A stretch of DNA of 60,000 nt, taken from contig NC_058368.1 of assembly GCF_018350175.1 (NCBI RefSeq), forward strand, positions 115,322,001 to 115,382,000, written 5' to 3'. The notes beneath the pieces are model-generated. The model made no database searches and was not told the origin of the DNA. It worked only from the letters and a program-made list of their open reading frames with translations. Shown one piece after another: positions 24,781 through 56,097 of this stretch. Both the position numbers and the translations under genes were made by a program. This DNA is from Felis catus (lineage: Eukaryota). Each line of letters begins with the position of its first letter. Position 1 is the stretch's first letter.

Positions 24781-26706
24781 GTGAGCGGTCTCGGGGGGAG
24801 ACACGCGGCCAGCCAAGGGCCCGGGGTGCGGCAGGAGAGTCGGGGGGCGCAAAGGGCAGCAGATCGACCGAGCTTCCCGCGTCCTAGGCTTGCTGTGGGC
24901 GGGGGCGGGACGACGAGCCCGTTACACGCGGACTGCAGCGCTAAGGCGAAGGGAGGAGCGCTCGAGGCCTGAGGGACTGACTGTCCACTGGGGGCCTGCC
25001 GTTTGGGGAGAATAGTTAAAGCAGAGAAGTCTTGGAATAGGGCCAGCCCCAGATAGGTGTCTGTTTTGTTTTGTTTTTCCTGTTTGCCCCTAAAAATGTG
25101 CCGCAAAATGGAGGATTTCGCAGACTCTGAAAAGCTTAGTCGTTTGAGGAGCGTTTCTTTATTCTCTTGGTTCACGGCCTTCCCTGTGCTCTTCGCCCAT
25201 CGCTTCATAGCGCCCTCTAAGACTCCCCTGTCCCCCGCCCACACACATGCGCGCGGGATTTTAGCTGGACCTCAGAAACAATTCCTCCCCACCCCCATCG
25301 CGTAAAAATGGCCGAAAAATGAAACGTTAACGCTTGTTTTTCGTATTGCGTCGTGGAGAAAGCCTCCTGCAGTAGGCTGCGAGCCAAGATACTTGTTCTT
25401 GTTTGGAGAGTCACCTAATATTTCTTTTCTCTTTATTAAAGTATTATATCAGTCTGCGTTCATCTAGAGAGGATCGTATGTTGTGGGACCTTCCGGTTTC
25501 CAGACAAAGGGTTTGGAGTACCGTGGTGTAGGCGCATCGTTGTTCTTTTCATTGCTAGCTTTGTGCCTTGTTCGGTGTTTTACAGGGACTTTTCCCATGT
25601 GCCATGGAATAATTCTAAATGTTTTTCCTGCTCTGTGGCCCTATTCTGTGGAATATTCCTATTGGATCAGTTACAGTTTTCTAGCCAGATATTTCTAGAA
25701 CGTTTATGGCGATTCCGAAATTTCTAGTCTTCAAGCGCGCTGGAATAATGTGAGAATCGTTGATTCCCAGGTCTTAGTCATGAGATTTTGTCTTGATGAT
25801 GCGTTCTGTGTGGTGACTAGAGCTTGGTTTAAAATTTTTAAGAAGTCGATAAAAGACAGTTTTCTTCCAGTTAAATTGAAACAGTTGTAGTCGGCGGGAA
25901 AATTTCTATTTTAGACTATTTAAATAAAGGTTGAAAATATCATTTGGAAAAGTCAATAGCTCAGTCATATGCGCGGTCTGTCGTCATAATTTTTCAACGG
26001 TAATACTGTCAGAAATGAAAGTAGAGATAGATTTTGTTGTTGTTGTTACATAAACTCTGTATTCCTTCTGCACTTAACCTGAATCTTTTTGCAAAGTTGA
26101 AATTGAACACAATTGAAGTACTAAATGATTGTTGTGCTTGGTTATGTAAGATTAGGAAGAGATCTTTAGCCAGATGCTGTTTGTTGTGAAGTGCTTTAAA
26201 TTTACATTTCTGCCCTTGAACTTAACATTTATGTGGTTATAACATTAACGTGTGTTTTACCCAGAGAGGAAATTTCCCCTTTATCTTCACATAACTCCCT
26301 TCTCAGCTATATGTAAGTGAAGTTGCCTTTACATAGCCTTTTGAACTAATTGGAAAGGATTTAACCACTCTTGACCTGATGACTATGTACGTTAAAGGAG
26401 CCTTTAAACATACTCATTTTATTAACACTTTTAGGGAAGCATAAAGGCTAAGTAATAATACAAGTCTGCTAATGATAGGCAAACAAATTTTAACAACTGA
26501 GGAATGTAAGTAAATCGTCTTACATGACTTCAGAAATAAAATGTAATCCAAATCTTTAATTTTATGAGAGAAGATTAAAGCCCAAGGAGGTGGTGGTAAT
26601 AATAGTCAAATGGGCAGTGCTGTAGGTTTATTCTAGAACACTTGCATCTTGATTGGATACGTGATTCAGACTCACCTTATAAATAGGCTTGAAAATGGAA
26701 GGGCTA

Positions 26707-27179
26707 CAAATGTCCATTGATGGATGAATGGATAAAGATGTGGTGTGTATATGTGTGTGTGTGTGTGTATACACACACATATACACAATGGAGTATTACT
26801 TAGCAATCAAAAAGAATGAAATCTTGCCATTCGCAACTATGAATGAAACTAGAGGGTATTAGGTTAAGCGAAATTAGACAAATACATGACTTCACTCATA
26901 TGAGGACTTTAAGATACAAAACAGGTAAGATACAAAACAGATGAACATAAGGGAAGGGAAGCAAAAATAATATAAAAACAGGGAAGGGGACAAAAACATA
27001 AAGACTCTTAAATATGGAGAACAAACAGAGGGTTACTGGAGGGGATGGGAGGGGGGCTAAATTGGTAAGGGGCATTAAGGAATCTACTCCTGAAATCATT
27101 GTTGCACTACATGCTAACTTGGATGTAAATTTAAAAAATTAAGAAAAACTAAAAATAATTAAAAATAAACTTTAAAAAG
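26707..27179 (+). mobile_element. 5'-truncated carnivore L1 3' end with A-rich tail
   Basis: aaatgtccattgatggatgaatggataaag, aaaagaatgaaatcttgccatt; flanking duplication tggaagggcta (26696-26706, 27180-27190). Confidence 0.8.
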
Positions 27180-27246
27180 TGGAAGGGCTATACTTACAGG
27201 AATTTATTCTAAGAGAATAGTATGTAAAAGATTTGTGCACATATAG

Positions 27247-30200
27247 AGCGCCTGAGTGACTGTCGGTTAAGCGTCTTACTTCGGCTCAGGTCGTGGTCTT
27301 GTGGTTCGTGAGTTCGAGCCCCGTATTGGGCTCTGTGCTGACCTGCTTGAGATTCTGTGTCTCCCTCTTTATCTGACCCTCCTCTGCTTGCTCACTCTCT
27401 TTCTCAAAAATAAACAAAAAAATTTTTTCAAGATTTGTGCACATAAATGTTAATCTATGCTATTAAGCTTACTAAAACTCTGAAAGATTCAACACTTAGA
27501 GATCTGCTAATTACAGTGTGGCCATCAGATGGAAATCTGTATAGTTTTTTAAAAGAATGTTTTAGCAAGAGTAATCATGGGAAAATGAATATAATATTAC
27601 TTGGAAAGAAAATGAAAATTTTGGTGGTCCCCAAAATACTTTTTTTTGGTTGTTTCTTAAAGGAATTTAGGAATAAATATAAAAATAGAGACGTACCAAA
27701 TGTGTGAGTTCTGGATGTTGGTGTTAGCTTTATGGGTGATTTATATTTCCCTCAATTTGTTTTTCTGAAATTTCCACAAGAAATTACACATATTTTTATA
27801 TGAGGAGGGTGGTGAAACTTTTTTGTACATGGTAGACTGCTTAAAAGACCAATATTTGGTGTTTTGTTTTTTTAGGACCTCGTGTATTTTTGAGGGGAAT
27901 TAAGATAAAAGTGAGCCAGCTTCTTGAAGTCTGAAGTGCAGAGTATTCAAAAGTGACAAAAAGTGGTGTTTATTCTGTAACATACTCTGGTTATTATGTG
28001 TAGACAAATGGAGGAATCTTAAGGCATCCTTATGTAAGAATATTGAATTTACCTTTATAGAAACTAATGGTAATTAGGTTACAATGTGAAGTGCAGCCAT
28101 TAAACTATTTTAAGAATGATCAAAACCAAAGAATTGGGTAATGGTTTCTTAGATATTACTCTTAGTACATTTTTCAGTTAAAGATACTTTTTAAAAATAT
28201 GTATATACTTTTTTTAAAATGCATACTTTTTTTTAGAGTTGCATTAAAACTGTCCTACACTTGGGGCAACAGGTTCTGAGTGGACTTGACTTTGGGGTGG
28301 ACAGTACTGAGTTTGTTGAGGGTGGAGTGGAAGGGTTGTAGACAGTACAGATTTGCAAGTTTCTTCATACATATATATATATATATATATATACACACAT
28401 GGTTATTCCACGGATAACACTGCAAAGAAACAAAGCTCTGTAATTTATAATTCTTACCTATATATCGGGCCTTGTTGGATCATTAAAATTAAGAGTTCTG
28501 AAATTCGTGATTTAAAAATAAAAGTTTACACGTAGAAAATCTGAGTGGATCATTAAAACTAGAACAGAGAGAAAAGCCAATGGTTTGAGAGAATTGTAGG
28601 GATGTGGCCTTTAAAAGATACTTATAAGTGGTTTTTAAAGTTCTCTAGTTTTTGACTCACTGTAGCATGTATCTATTATAAGCATAAATATAAACTTATA
28701 ATACAATAGGAGTTGTATGATAAACTGCTATGTTATCTTTCCTGGCTTAAATATAATTACTGTGGCAGATCTGAGTAGATGGAGTGCCTTTGATGTGATG
28801 CAGCTTCCTTATTATTTCCAGCTGTCTATCTTTGATGTTCTGTGCATATATTCGGCTCAAGACTTGGAAATTAAAATTTATATGAAGTAGCAATGAAATC
28901 TTAAGTTTAATTTTTTTTTTAATTTAATTAAAATTTTTGTTTTGGGGGCACCTGAGTGTCCGTTAAGCGTCCAACTTCTCAGGTCATGATCTCCTAGTAC
29001 GTGGGTTCGAGTGCAACATTGGGCTCTCTGCTTGTCAACATGGCAGCCCGCTTTAGATCCTGTCTCCCTCTCTCTCTATGCCCCTCAAAAGTAAACATTA
29101 AAAAAAATTAAAATTGTTTTAATTTAAAGAGGAGGACTGAGGCTTTTCAGTAAGGTTATGGCAGGAGAGGTGTAAGGCCTTCGTTTTGAAGGATGACAGG
29201 ATAATTTAAAGGTAGATTGGCTTTAGAGAATGAAGGAGGAAGAGGAGGTTTAATTTGTTCACTTCCTCTAGCATCTGGTTCTTTTCTTCAGAGTTGTTTA
29301 GGTGACTACCAGTCTTTAAATCTGGTGTCATTTAAAGTTAACATCTGATTCAGTAGCAAAATTCAAACATTAATTCAAATCCAGCTTTGAGTAGAAATGA
29401 ATAAGACACTAAAGTTGATGTATGAAATGGGGAGTACAGTGTATGTGAAAGGTTTATAAGCTCTTTATTGTCTTTGGGTCAGTCCTTTTGCATCTGAAGT
29501 TTTTCTCATTGGTTGTTAGGATCAGATGATGTTACATCAAAGTAGATGATTATTATGGTGCTAACCATGTGCCAGAAACCATTCTAAGTGTTTTATGTGG
29601 ACTAATTTATTAAATGTTTACAGCCTTGTGAAATGGGTATTGTTTTCATTCCCATATTACGAATGACAGCAAAACAAATGTTAAGTGACTTGTTCAAAGT
29701 CAACTATTTTGTAGTAGGACTTGCATCCAAATCAAGGTATTTGGGCTCCAAAAATCTCAGTATATACCAAATCAGAGAGTTGAACAAATGTTTGTGGACA
29801 CCAAGAGAATAGAACATGAAGAGTGGAAGGAAAAATCTTAAGAGTGCGCAATGGCAGCTTGAAAAAACCACTCGTTTTGCTTTCTCTTTTTCTTTAAGTT
29901 TGTTTATTTTGAGAGTACAAGCCAGGAAGGGGCACAGAGAAAGAGTCCCAAGCAGGCCTTTGAATGTCAGTACTGAGCCTTACGCGGTAGGTCGATCTCG
30001 GGAACTGTGAGATATGACCTGTGCTGAAATCAAGAGTTGACGCTTAATCAGCTGAACCACCCAGGGGCCCCTCATTTTGCATTTAAGTAGAGAAGTAATC
30101 TAAGCTAGTGTCAAAATCAAATTGAATCCAAAATGGTAGGTAAATGGAATAACTTTCTATCCTGTATTGCTTTAATCTGAAAATGTTTAATGTGTGATTG

Positions 30201-31040
30201 AAAGTTGCTAAGAAAAAATTTTAAGTCTAGGAAGAAGAAAAATACTCTAACCCTGAATAGGAATCCCTCCTGATTAACATGTTTTCTATTTTAGCAGCTG
30301 AAGGCACTTTGCAACAAACACTTTTATCATTAGCCTAAGGATCAAGAAGTGGGCTAGAAGTTGAATCCAGGTCTGTAAAATGGATTAAGAATGATAATCA
30401 TAAAGGATCTTTAAAAGGTTAATACTGGTTTTTCAACCTTCTCAGCACTACATTTTATAATGTTTTGTTTTCCCCTGTTGTATGAGGCACATGCTGCTTT
30501 ACACAAAACTGAAATGAATAGAGCTATTACTTTATTTCCTAAGAATTTTACTATTCATTTTATTTTTTTAAAACCTTTAAAAAGTTACTCAAAGGTAAGC
30601 CATACTAAAGTGAGATTGTGGCACTGAAGAGCCACAGATTAAAGTATAAGGTTTTAAGTGGCTTAAGCTCTCTATATAAAAGATTGAATGGTTCCTCAGA
30701 TACTAAAATATATTACTATATATATATTAATTTTAAGTAGGTTCTACACCCAGTGTCGGGTTTGAACTCATGACACTGCCATCAAGAATTCCATGCACTA
30801 CTGACTGGGGCGGCCGGGTGCCCCTATATTCCATTTATTTATTTTTATGGTTTGTTTATTTTGAGAGAGGGGGGAAAAACATGAGTCAGGTAGGGGCAGA
30901 GACAAGGACAGAAAGAGAATCTCAAACAGGCTCCGCGCTGTCAGCTTGGAGCTTGATATGAGGCTGGAACTCATGAACCATGAGATCTTGACCTGAGCCA
31001 AAGTCAGACACTTAACTGACTGAGCCACCCAGGTGCCCCC
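27247..31040. mobile_element. SINECs in MATR3 intron 1: ~27247-27430 (+), 28944-29110 (+), 29890-30071 (-), 30725-30823 (-), 30830-31040 (-)
   Basis: SINE bodies; TSD aagatttgtgcacata around the first. Confidence 0.75.
29550..29760. mobile_element. MIR SINE remnant
   Basis: catgtgccagaaaccattctaagtgtttt...ttaagtgacttgttcaaagtca. Confidence 0.6.
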
Positions 31041-34000
31041 ATTTTTTAAAAATCAAACCCTTAAATGAAATACAAATTAGAAAATTTATTAAGAAAGTAT
31101 ATAGAGATGTGAACTAACATTAAAATGAAGATTTACTAACTTTGAAATGGAAACTGTTAGTGAATTATAAGGCCATTATAAAATTAATACGTGAGAAACT
31201 TCTAAATATGGAATCATTAACCTAACTCTATACTATAATTGGAAATGAGTCAGGTGCTTGGTTTAAAAATTCTGACCACAGGAATCCATGCTTCTATGTG
31301 ATTGATGACAAAAATTAAGCAGCTGTCTTTCCAAATAATGCTTCTTTGAAATTACTAATAGTGAACTATCCCTGCCATGTATCTATTGGTGACATGATTA
31401 GGATATTTTTGCTGTGTTGGTGGTGTTGGTTGCTAGCTTAAACGTTATTTGGTGTATTTCACATGAATAATTTGACAAATCACAAGGGTGTTTCCTTCCA
31501 TAGAAGAAAATTTCTTACATCCCTTTCGTGTTTTTAATTCAGAAGGGGAAAAATACTATAAGAAGCTACAGTTTTCTAGCTGTTGCTTATAAGTTTTTAT
31601 AGGATTAAAGGTTTAAAATAATGCCATATAAAGGTTTTCTTTTCCTGAGTATTTCTACAAACTTTTAGGATTATACATGTGTTAAAATTAGTTTTTAAGA
31701 AGCGATTATTGCACAGAATTGAGAATATAGCTAAAGTTCCATATGGTAGTAGTTAGATATCTTTAAAAGAGCGTTTAAAATTTTTGAATTTAGAAGCTGA
31801 AGGCTTTTTTCTATGTTTTAAAGAACTGAAGACCCCTTATGCTCATTTTAGTAACCCTGCAAAATAACCCTCTGAATGAATAATAGGACTAATAAGAAAT
31901 TGTTATTTTACTTAGGAAATCTAGATGTGGAACAACCATTTGCTTCCCTTCACCCTGAACTAAAGTAAATCTAATGAAGATGGTTATTCATCGAAGGGGG
32001 ACAGTTGAATGTTACTAACTGAAACTTCTTAACCATACATAGAGCTCTTTGTTCAGATGTTGAACATGAAGTTAACATTTTTAGTAACATTTACACTTAC
32101 ATCATGAACTAGGCTTAAACATTCTAGCTTAATTATTTAAATTATTGATTATTTTATTTAAATCAGGTTTCCTGATTTTAGGGTAGAGGTACTACCCTTT
32201 TTTGGGAGTGAAAGGTTTTTTGCATTGATGGGCATTGAGATTTTAAATGGACATACTGGATTTTGACATCACATTCTAGATTAGTTATCTCAAACTACTT
32301 TGAACTTTATTAACCTCTATTGTAGCGTACTATGAAAAGGTCATTTTGTAATTATGGGGAAAAGACATAACAGTACAATAAGCTAACCTTTCAAAAAAAC
32401 TTAATTTAGTAAACCTCTCAGTGTTGTGCTGACTTTAGTAGGCAGTAGGTCTTGCTTAAATTTAAATTAGTCTTTTAAAATGAATTGTCTTTTTATTACC
32501 ACTGACCACAAAGATAGTAAAGGAACTGTTTTCATAAGTGCTCTTTGAACAGTGCTGTCATGTCTGATTTCTCTCAGTTTCTTTGTTCTAATTTTAAAAA
32601 AATAAATTTCACTCAAAAGTCTGACTTAAGTCACTTTTCACTTATAATGTCTCATGTCCTTGTGTGGGGCTACATTTAAGTTCAAACTCTGAATCTCAAA
32701 AATATTAAGGTTATTCTTACGAGATTACAAGTTGTCATGGGATTTACATTGTTTGTCTTGCTCTTTTTCTGAGTTTTTCTGACATCCATTTTCTGTTTTG
32801 TCTTAAGGTTATCTTTTACCTTCTCTTGTTTCCTTTTTGCAGATCTACCCCTTTCATACATGCTACAAAGAAAAGTAATTGAGATATTTGTAATGTAACA
32901 ACCATTTCTTTAAAGTGTGATCAATTAAATTTTTACACATTCACTAATATTATTGTATAATTTCCCTAAGGGAAAGGAATAGTTCTTTAAAACAAACAAA
33001 CAAAAAAAAAAACAACTGGTTTTTCTTTATTATGCAGCTTTGGCTGCAACATGAACAGCAAATTAATAGTAATGTTGATGCTTTGAAATACTGATTTTGA
33101 AAAACCCTCTAATGGTTTTGACCTTTTAAGAGAAAGTATACGTGAAAATTTAGAGGGTCCTAAATGTTTACACGGTATTTCAACTGCCATCCTGTGTGGC
33201 GTTTATCAGACATACCAAAGAAACTCATCCAAAAAAGTCCACTTACTCTTGTCTTTATTTTATTATTCTTAAAGCAGAAGTAGTTTACATTGTAGATCTC
33301 ATCAAGAACTAGTTTCTTTAGTATCTTTTCTCAATTTCATCTTTCTTGGTGTGCAAAAACATCTTCTGTAATTCCAGTCACCTCTGATAGCATTTGTGTC
33401 TTTTTAACTTTGTTACATCTTTTTGTAAAATCTAAGTCTTGCCTGCAACTTTTTTTTTATACTTCCTTTACCACTGTATGTCCAGTGTTTCCTTGCTTTA
33501 TTGGATCATTGGTGGAATTGGTCCCATAATAGACTTGTAACTATTGAATATTGCCCAGTTTTTAATGTAATAAAGCTTAATAATATTAAACCACCATTGC
33601 TCAGGTGTATGGGTGATCAAATGTGTGAAACTTAACAGAGCAATGCTTCTTAATAGAATTATGTGGCAAACAATTTAAGAGTTAATCTCTGTATATAGTT
33701 GTGATTAGAGATAATTGTTTCATCAAGAACAATTGTTACGTACATCGTTTGATATTTAATGAGAATCATTTGTAAATGCTTTGCAAATTCCTCTGTACCA
33801 ATTTCTGAGATAAAATAATGATTTAAGGAAGATAATGAAAGTAATTTCATCCAGAAACATGTCTTGGGGGATTGTATTCAGAATTTAAAATTTCCAGGTG
33901 ATTGAGCTGTTCTTGTGAAAAGTTAACAAATCTATATAAGGACAATATCATTTTCATTTTTATCTGTTTTGAGCTCTGGAGGTTCTGTAGCCGTGAATAT

Positions 34001-34832
34001 TAAATGAGCTTTGATGGATGCTAACTTAGGGGGGAATTTCACTTCTTTAAATCACCTGTGCTTCCTGTACCTGGGTTTTTTCTTGGGAGTTCTCCTATTT
34101 CTACATTGACCATACTTAGTTCTCCTTACTTTTTTAAGATTAGAAATGAAATATGCACTGCCTGATATAGGATGGACATTAAGGAAGGCAGTTAGTTATA
34201 TGGCTTAAATTTGTGCAGAAATCCTTAAAGTAGGAAGTCACTTATTTTCCTTCACATCTGTCTTTACCTCAGATTGATTTTGCTGCATAAAAGTCTCAAC
34301 TATTATGTTTGGTCTTAGATCTTATACTAGGTACTTGACACCTAAGCTTCATTTACTTGTGATTTTACTTGGTTCTTTCTGATAGTAATAAATAGGTCTC
34401 ATTTTCTAAAGCAGAATACAACTGATTCATCTTTGACTTGCGGACCTTGGTTTTTTGTTTTTTAGTCTTTTCCTGAAACTTAAAACATCATACTATAGGG
34501 TGTATTTTTATTCTTCCAAAAGAAGAGACCCATCTATATTTTTATTTGAAATTTTGATGTGCTCAGACATCTAATCCTTCAATTGAAATGTTTTTAAATT
34601 CAGTATGAAATTCCCTTTAATAAACTTTAGCATGAAAGACTACTTTTTAAATATCTATATGCAGGCTCTGCATACATCTGGAATCTGTTTAAGATATGTA
34701 ATAAATTCCTTGTAAGTTTGAGATCTTAAATGTTTTTTTTTTTTTAATCAACATGATGCATAAGTTTTTTTTCTAAAAAAAACAGCATCTACTTAAAGGG
34801 ATTTATGACTAAAACTGCTTATTTTTCTACAG

Positions 34833-52271
<17,439 letters not shown>

Positions 52272-52632
52272 GATGTGCAAGAAGCTTAACAATTTCAAAG
52301 AAAATAATGGTTCTTTGTTTTTAATGTTAACCTTTTTTAAATACGATACTGGTAGTTAGAAGAAAACTATTGTACTCTTTTGTTTTAGTGGAAAAATATT
52401 AGATGTCTGTTCATGTGTTAAGTGTTACAGCAAAAATACATATACGGTTAAGTTAATGAAGAATTGTTTTTGTTTTATCAAAATGGTAACAGACAGAAGT
52501 ACTTTGTAGAGACTGACTTGTAAGTTACTTAAGACAACTTGCACCACTAAGAAAAAAGATACCTAGAATCATTCAGAGAAATGAAATTTAGTTCCACGCT
52601 TCAAAGAAATGTCAAAACTTTTGATTCCATTC

Positions 52633-52638
52633 AATAAA
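52633..52638 (+). terminator. Proximal polyadenylation signal AATAAA
   Basis: Canonical hexamer followed by a T-rich downstream element (gtatttttattactttc). Confidence 0.6.
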
Positions 52639-53258
52639 GAACAAAACCAATGGTATTTTTATTACTTTCATCTGAAACATTCCGCATTTTAATCTGAGCC
52701 TTTTGCAGACTTCTCATCATTTGGAGTTTGAAGGTTTTTGGTTGCGTTTTATTTGGATATCTTCATTAATATGAGATTGGCAATTATAATGCAGGTGCAG
52801 TTTTCTTTTAATGTCATGCTGTTGTTTAGGTAATAAGAAATACTAAGTAATTGGCTTTAGATTTTTGTAATTTTTTTCCCCTAAGTTCCTGCTAGATTTC
52901 GTATTCTAGTAGTCAATGTATTTTCAGTGAAATGTAAAAATATTCCCGTTCCCTTTGAGCAGTATTAATTTCTTGAGATCTTATTGCTTGTCACTTGAAT
53001 CCTGTAGCTGTCATACATCTGGTATAAGCAACATTTGATTTTTGAAGTGTGTAGACCATCTCTTCATATTTCAAGATGTAATTTTACATTTCTGCATTTT
53101 AAAAAGTTTGGCCATAAACTAGACGCACGCTTCTAATTCATATACCTGCACATGTGACCTTTGTGAACAGAAATTTGCATGTATAATCTGTGTTTACTTG
53201 TAACTTTCTGGTAATATACTGCTTATATCTGTGGATTCAAGTTTCTGAAGTGAATACC

Positions 53259-53264
53259 AATAAA
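53259..53264 (+). terminator. Distal polyadenylation signal AATAAA
   Basis: Canonical hexamer, upstream TGTA motifs, downstream GT/T-rich sequence (tttttgtcagttgtggttttt). Confidence 0.65.
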
Positions 53265-54698
53265 AAAACAAAAAACCTAGGCCAAGTTCATTGGTTATAC
53301 ATATTTGGAATGTTAACCAATATTTTTGTCAGTTGTGGTTTTTATTCACTGTTACACTCTTTTGCATGCTTTAACAAATTATTACATTTTTAATCTAGAG
53401 TGTTCTAAAGACTGCTACTAAAGAACTGAGTTTTAAAGTTTTTGGTGCTGGTGGATTTCTTGTTCCTGTTACATGACAAAAAGTGGTGTGTGGAATGGGG
53501 CTTTTAAAAACCTTTGGACATTAAAATGCTAAGGGTGAGGAAATGGTAAAAGCTTGTGTTTAGGCCTAAGTGTGAAACAGTAAAGTTGGGAATAACATGG
53601 AATATCAAGAATTAGTTCTAGCTTTTCAAAATCTGTTGGGATTCTTGGTATAAGGGATTTATTACCTATTGTTAAAAAATAAATTTTTAATTTTAAAAAA
53701 TACAAGAATTTCTAGGAATTCTTTGAAACTCTTAGATCCAGGTGTATTAAAAGATGAATCAAAATTTTATGGTATACATCTCAGAGGCAGTTAATGTTTT
53801 TCTAATGTGACATGTACAAAAAATCCTTGCCAGTTTACTTCTGTAGTTTAATTTTGGCCTTTACTAATTACCAGCTTTTAATTCCAACTTAACTAACAGC
53901 AAGCAACCCAAAGTATTTTATGTGCATTGGAATCCCTAATTGTTTCCTGTCAGTGATAGCTTTTTTCCGTAGGTCCTACTTTGTTGGCTGTACCAGGCTG
54001 TACAAAAAAAAAAAGTTTAATGTCTTCATTTGATAACATTTAGGAAGTAGAAATTCTCATACATAAATTACCAGTGATAGATAAATCTGTAACAGCTATT
54101 TCCCAGATTATGGCAAACCTTTTTTCATGGGAATGTTTCCACGTAAACCTGCTGTCAAGTTTAAGAACATTTTGCCTGACACCATTTTAGCCTTTAGGTA
54201 AATCCTCTGTGAGGGAAAATTTTAGAAACCCCTTAAATTTGTAGTAGTAGTATTTTTTAAGCCTATATAGCTCATAAATGTGGGATCTCAGAGTGACTCT
54301 GATAAGGCTTTCATTGACTGTAAAACTGATTAGGGTACACTAAAAGTTTCACTTGAAATTTTATTAATGAGCAGAGTGAATTTCTGGCCACCAACTACAC
54401 CATCTCCTATAGTCTAAGGTTCTAAGGAAAATTTTAAGGTACTCTATTCCCTGAATTCCTTCTTAGAGGTTTCCTCGTGCCCCTCTTTTAGGGTGATGGG
54501 GAACACAAAATACAGCCTGTTAAGTGTTAATGGCAGGTATTAGAGTTATCAAAGAGGAATAGACTTTATTTTTTGCCTAGCTTTGTTCATGATGGGTTTT
54601 CAGTGGGTTTGAACAGTAGAATGTAACATTACTGAGTAAAGAGAATGATGTGTAGTGGAAACCTGCTGGAACACTGCAGAACATTATTTAAAAACAGC

Positions 54699-55670
54699 GG
54701 GGTGCCTCAGTTGACTCAGTGGAGCATGCGACACTTGATCTTGGGGTTGTGAGTTCAGATCCCACTTTGGGTGGAGAGATTCCTTTAAAATCTTAAAAAG
54801 GGGTGGGGGCACGTCCAACTTCAACTCAGGTCACCATCTCTCGGTGAGTTCAAGTGATTGCGTTGGACTCTGGGCTGACAGCCTGGAGCCTGCTTTCGAT
54901 TCTGTCTCCCTTTCTCTCTGCCTTTCTCTTCTGCTCATGCTCTCTCTCAAAAATAATAAACATTAAAAAATCTGAAGCATGAAATGTTAGGTCCAGTCAG
55001 TGTGTATTATTTAAGATCGCTTGTACTTGGGCTGGGAGCAGCTCTGTGTGGTCTCTTTTATTGGTCTCCATTATAGAATATAGCTTAATATAGCTGAAAG
55101 CTCAAGTATTGAATGGTAATGAGTTTGGGATTGTGTTCTCTGGCAACCCTGAGCTGTTTGTTAGCTGGGGTTAAAATGCCCTTCCAGGGACACCTGGCTG
55201 GCTCAGTGGGTAGATCTTGTGACTCCCTTCCCCCCCCCCCCCCCAATGTTTATTTGCAAGAGAGAAGGAGACAATCCGAAGCGGGCTCCACACTCAGCTG
55301 CCAACACAGAGCCTGATGTGGGGCTTGAGCTCACGGATTAGGAGATGTGACCTGAGCCAAAGGTGGAAGCTCAACTGACTGAGCCACCCAGGTGACTCTT
55401 GATCTTGGGATTTTAAGTTCGAGCTCCACGTTGGGTATAGACGTTACTTAAAACCTTTTTAAAAGCAGAATGCCCTTCGCTTTGATGCTAGTCCTGTGAC
55501 TGTTAGGCGTGAGATCAAGATTTTTTAAGAGTTGGGGCACTTCAGTGGCTCAGTCAGTTGAGCATCCGACTGTTAGCTCAGGTCATGGTCTCAGTTCATC
55601 AGAACAAGCCCCATGTCAGGCTCCATGCTAACAGTGCAGAGCTTCCTTGGGATTCTCTCAAATTTTTTAA
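54699..55670. mobile_element. SINEC cluster downstream of MATR3, including a nested insertion at ~55187-55460
   Basis: Multiple SINE heads; a plus SINE is interrupted by a minus SINE. Confidence 0.7.
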
Positions 55671-55727
55671 AAAGATGCTTAGAGTCAACACTAGTAACAA
55701 AATGATAGTGTGAGTTATTTTCCTTTA

Positions 55728-56097
55728 GTTTGGTTCTCAAATGTTAGCATGCATCAGAATTATCTGGAAATTTTGTTAAGACATGGCTGTGGAGCACCTG
55801 GATGGCTCAGTTGGTTAAGCATCTGAATCTTGATTTTGGCTCAGGTCATCTCAGGATTCATGAGATCAGGCTCTGCTCACAGCTTGGAGCCTGCTTGGGA
55901 TTCTCACTCTACCCTTTCCCCACTCAAGTGCTGTCGTGTGCTCTTTCTGAAAATAAAATGTGGCTGGGTCACTAGGCACTAGCTGGGTTAAATTTCTAAT
56001 TTGCTAGTTTAGGGGTAGTCTTGATAATTTGCATTTTTAACAAGTTACTAGGTGATGGTGATGTCACATAAAGAGGCCACACTTTGAGAATGATTGT
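55728..56097. mobile_element. MER5A-like hAT element split by a plus-strand SINE (~55791-55958)
   Basis: ggttctcaaa...gcatgcatcagaattatctgga at the left; tgcatttttaacaagtt...ccacactttgagaa at the right. Confidence 0.65.

Larger units (their letters stand above)
23960..25560. promoter_or_regulatory. MATR3: Main MATR3 CpG-island promoter
   Basis: High GC and CpG density. TCTCGCGAGA palindrome 24411-24420, E2F-like TTTCCCGC 24273-24280, YY1-type motifs (GCCGCCATGTT 24727-24737, CAAAATGGAGG 25104-25114, AAAATGGCCG 25305-25314), GC boxes. Confidence 0.9.
52272..53290 (+). other. MATR3: MATR3 3' UTR (end approximate)
   Basis: AU-rich, repeat-free sequence after the stop, with AATAAA at 52633 and 53259. 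Confidence 0.75.

Noticed and set aside
24339..25244. 301-aa minus-strand ORF and other ORFs in the CpG island
   Set aside because: Stop-poor GC-rich sequence, non-ATG start, low-complexity A/R/P/G composition, no domain
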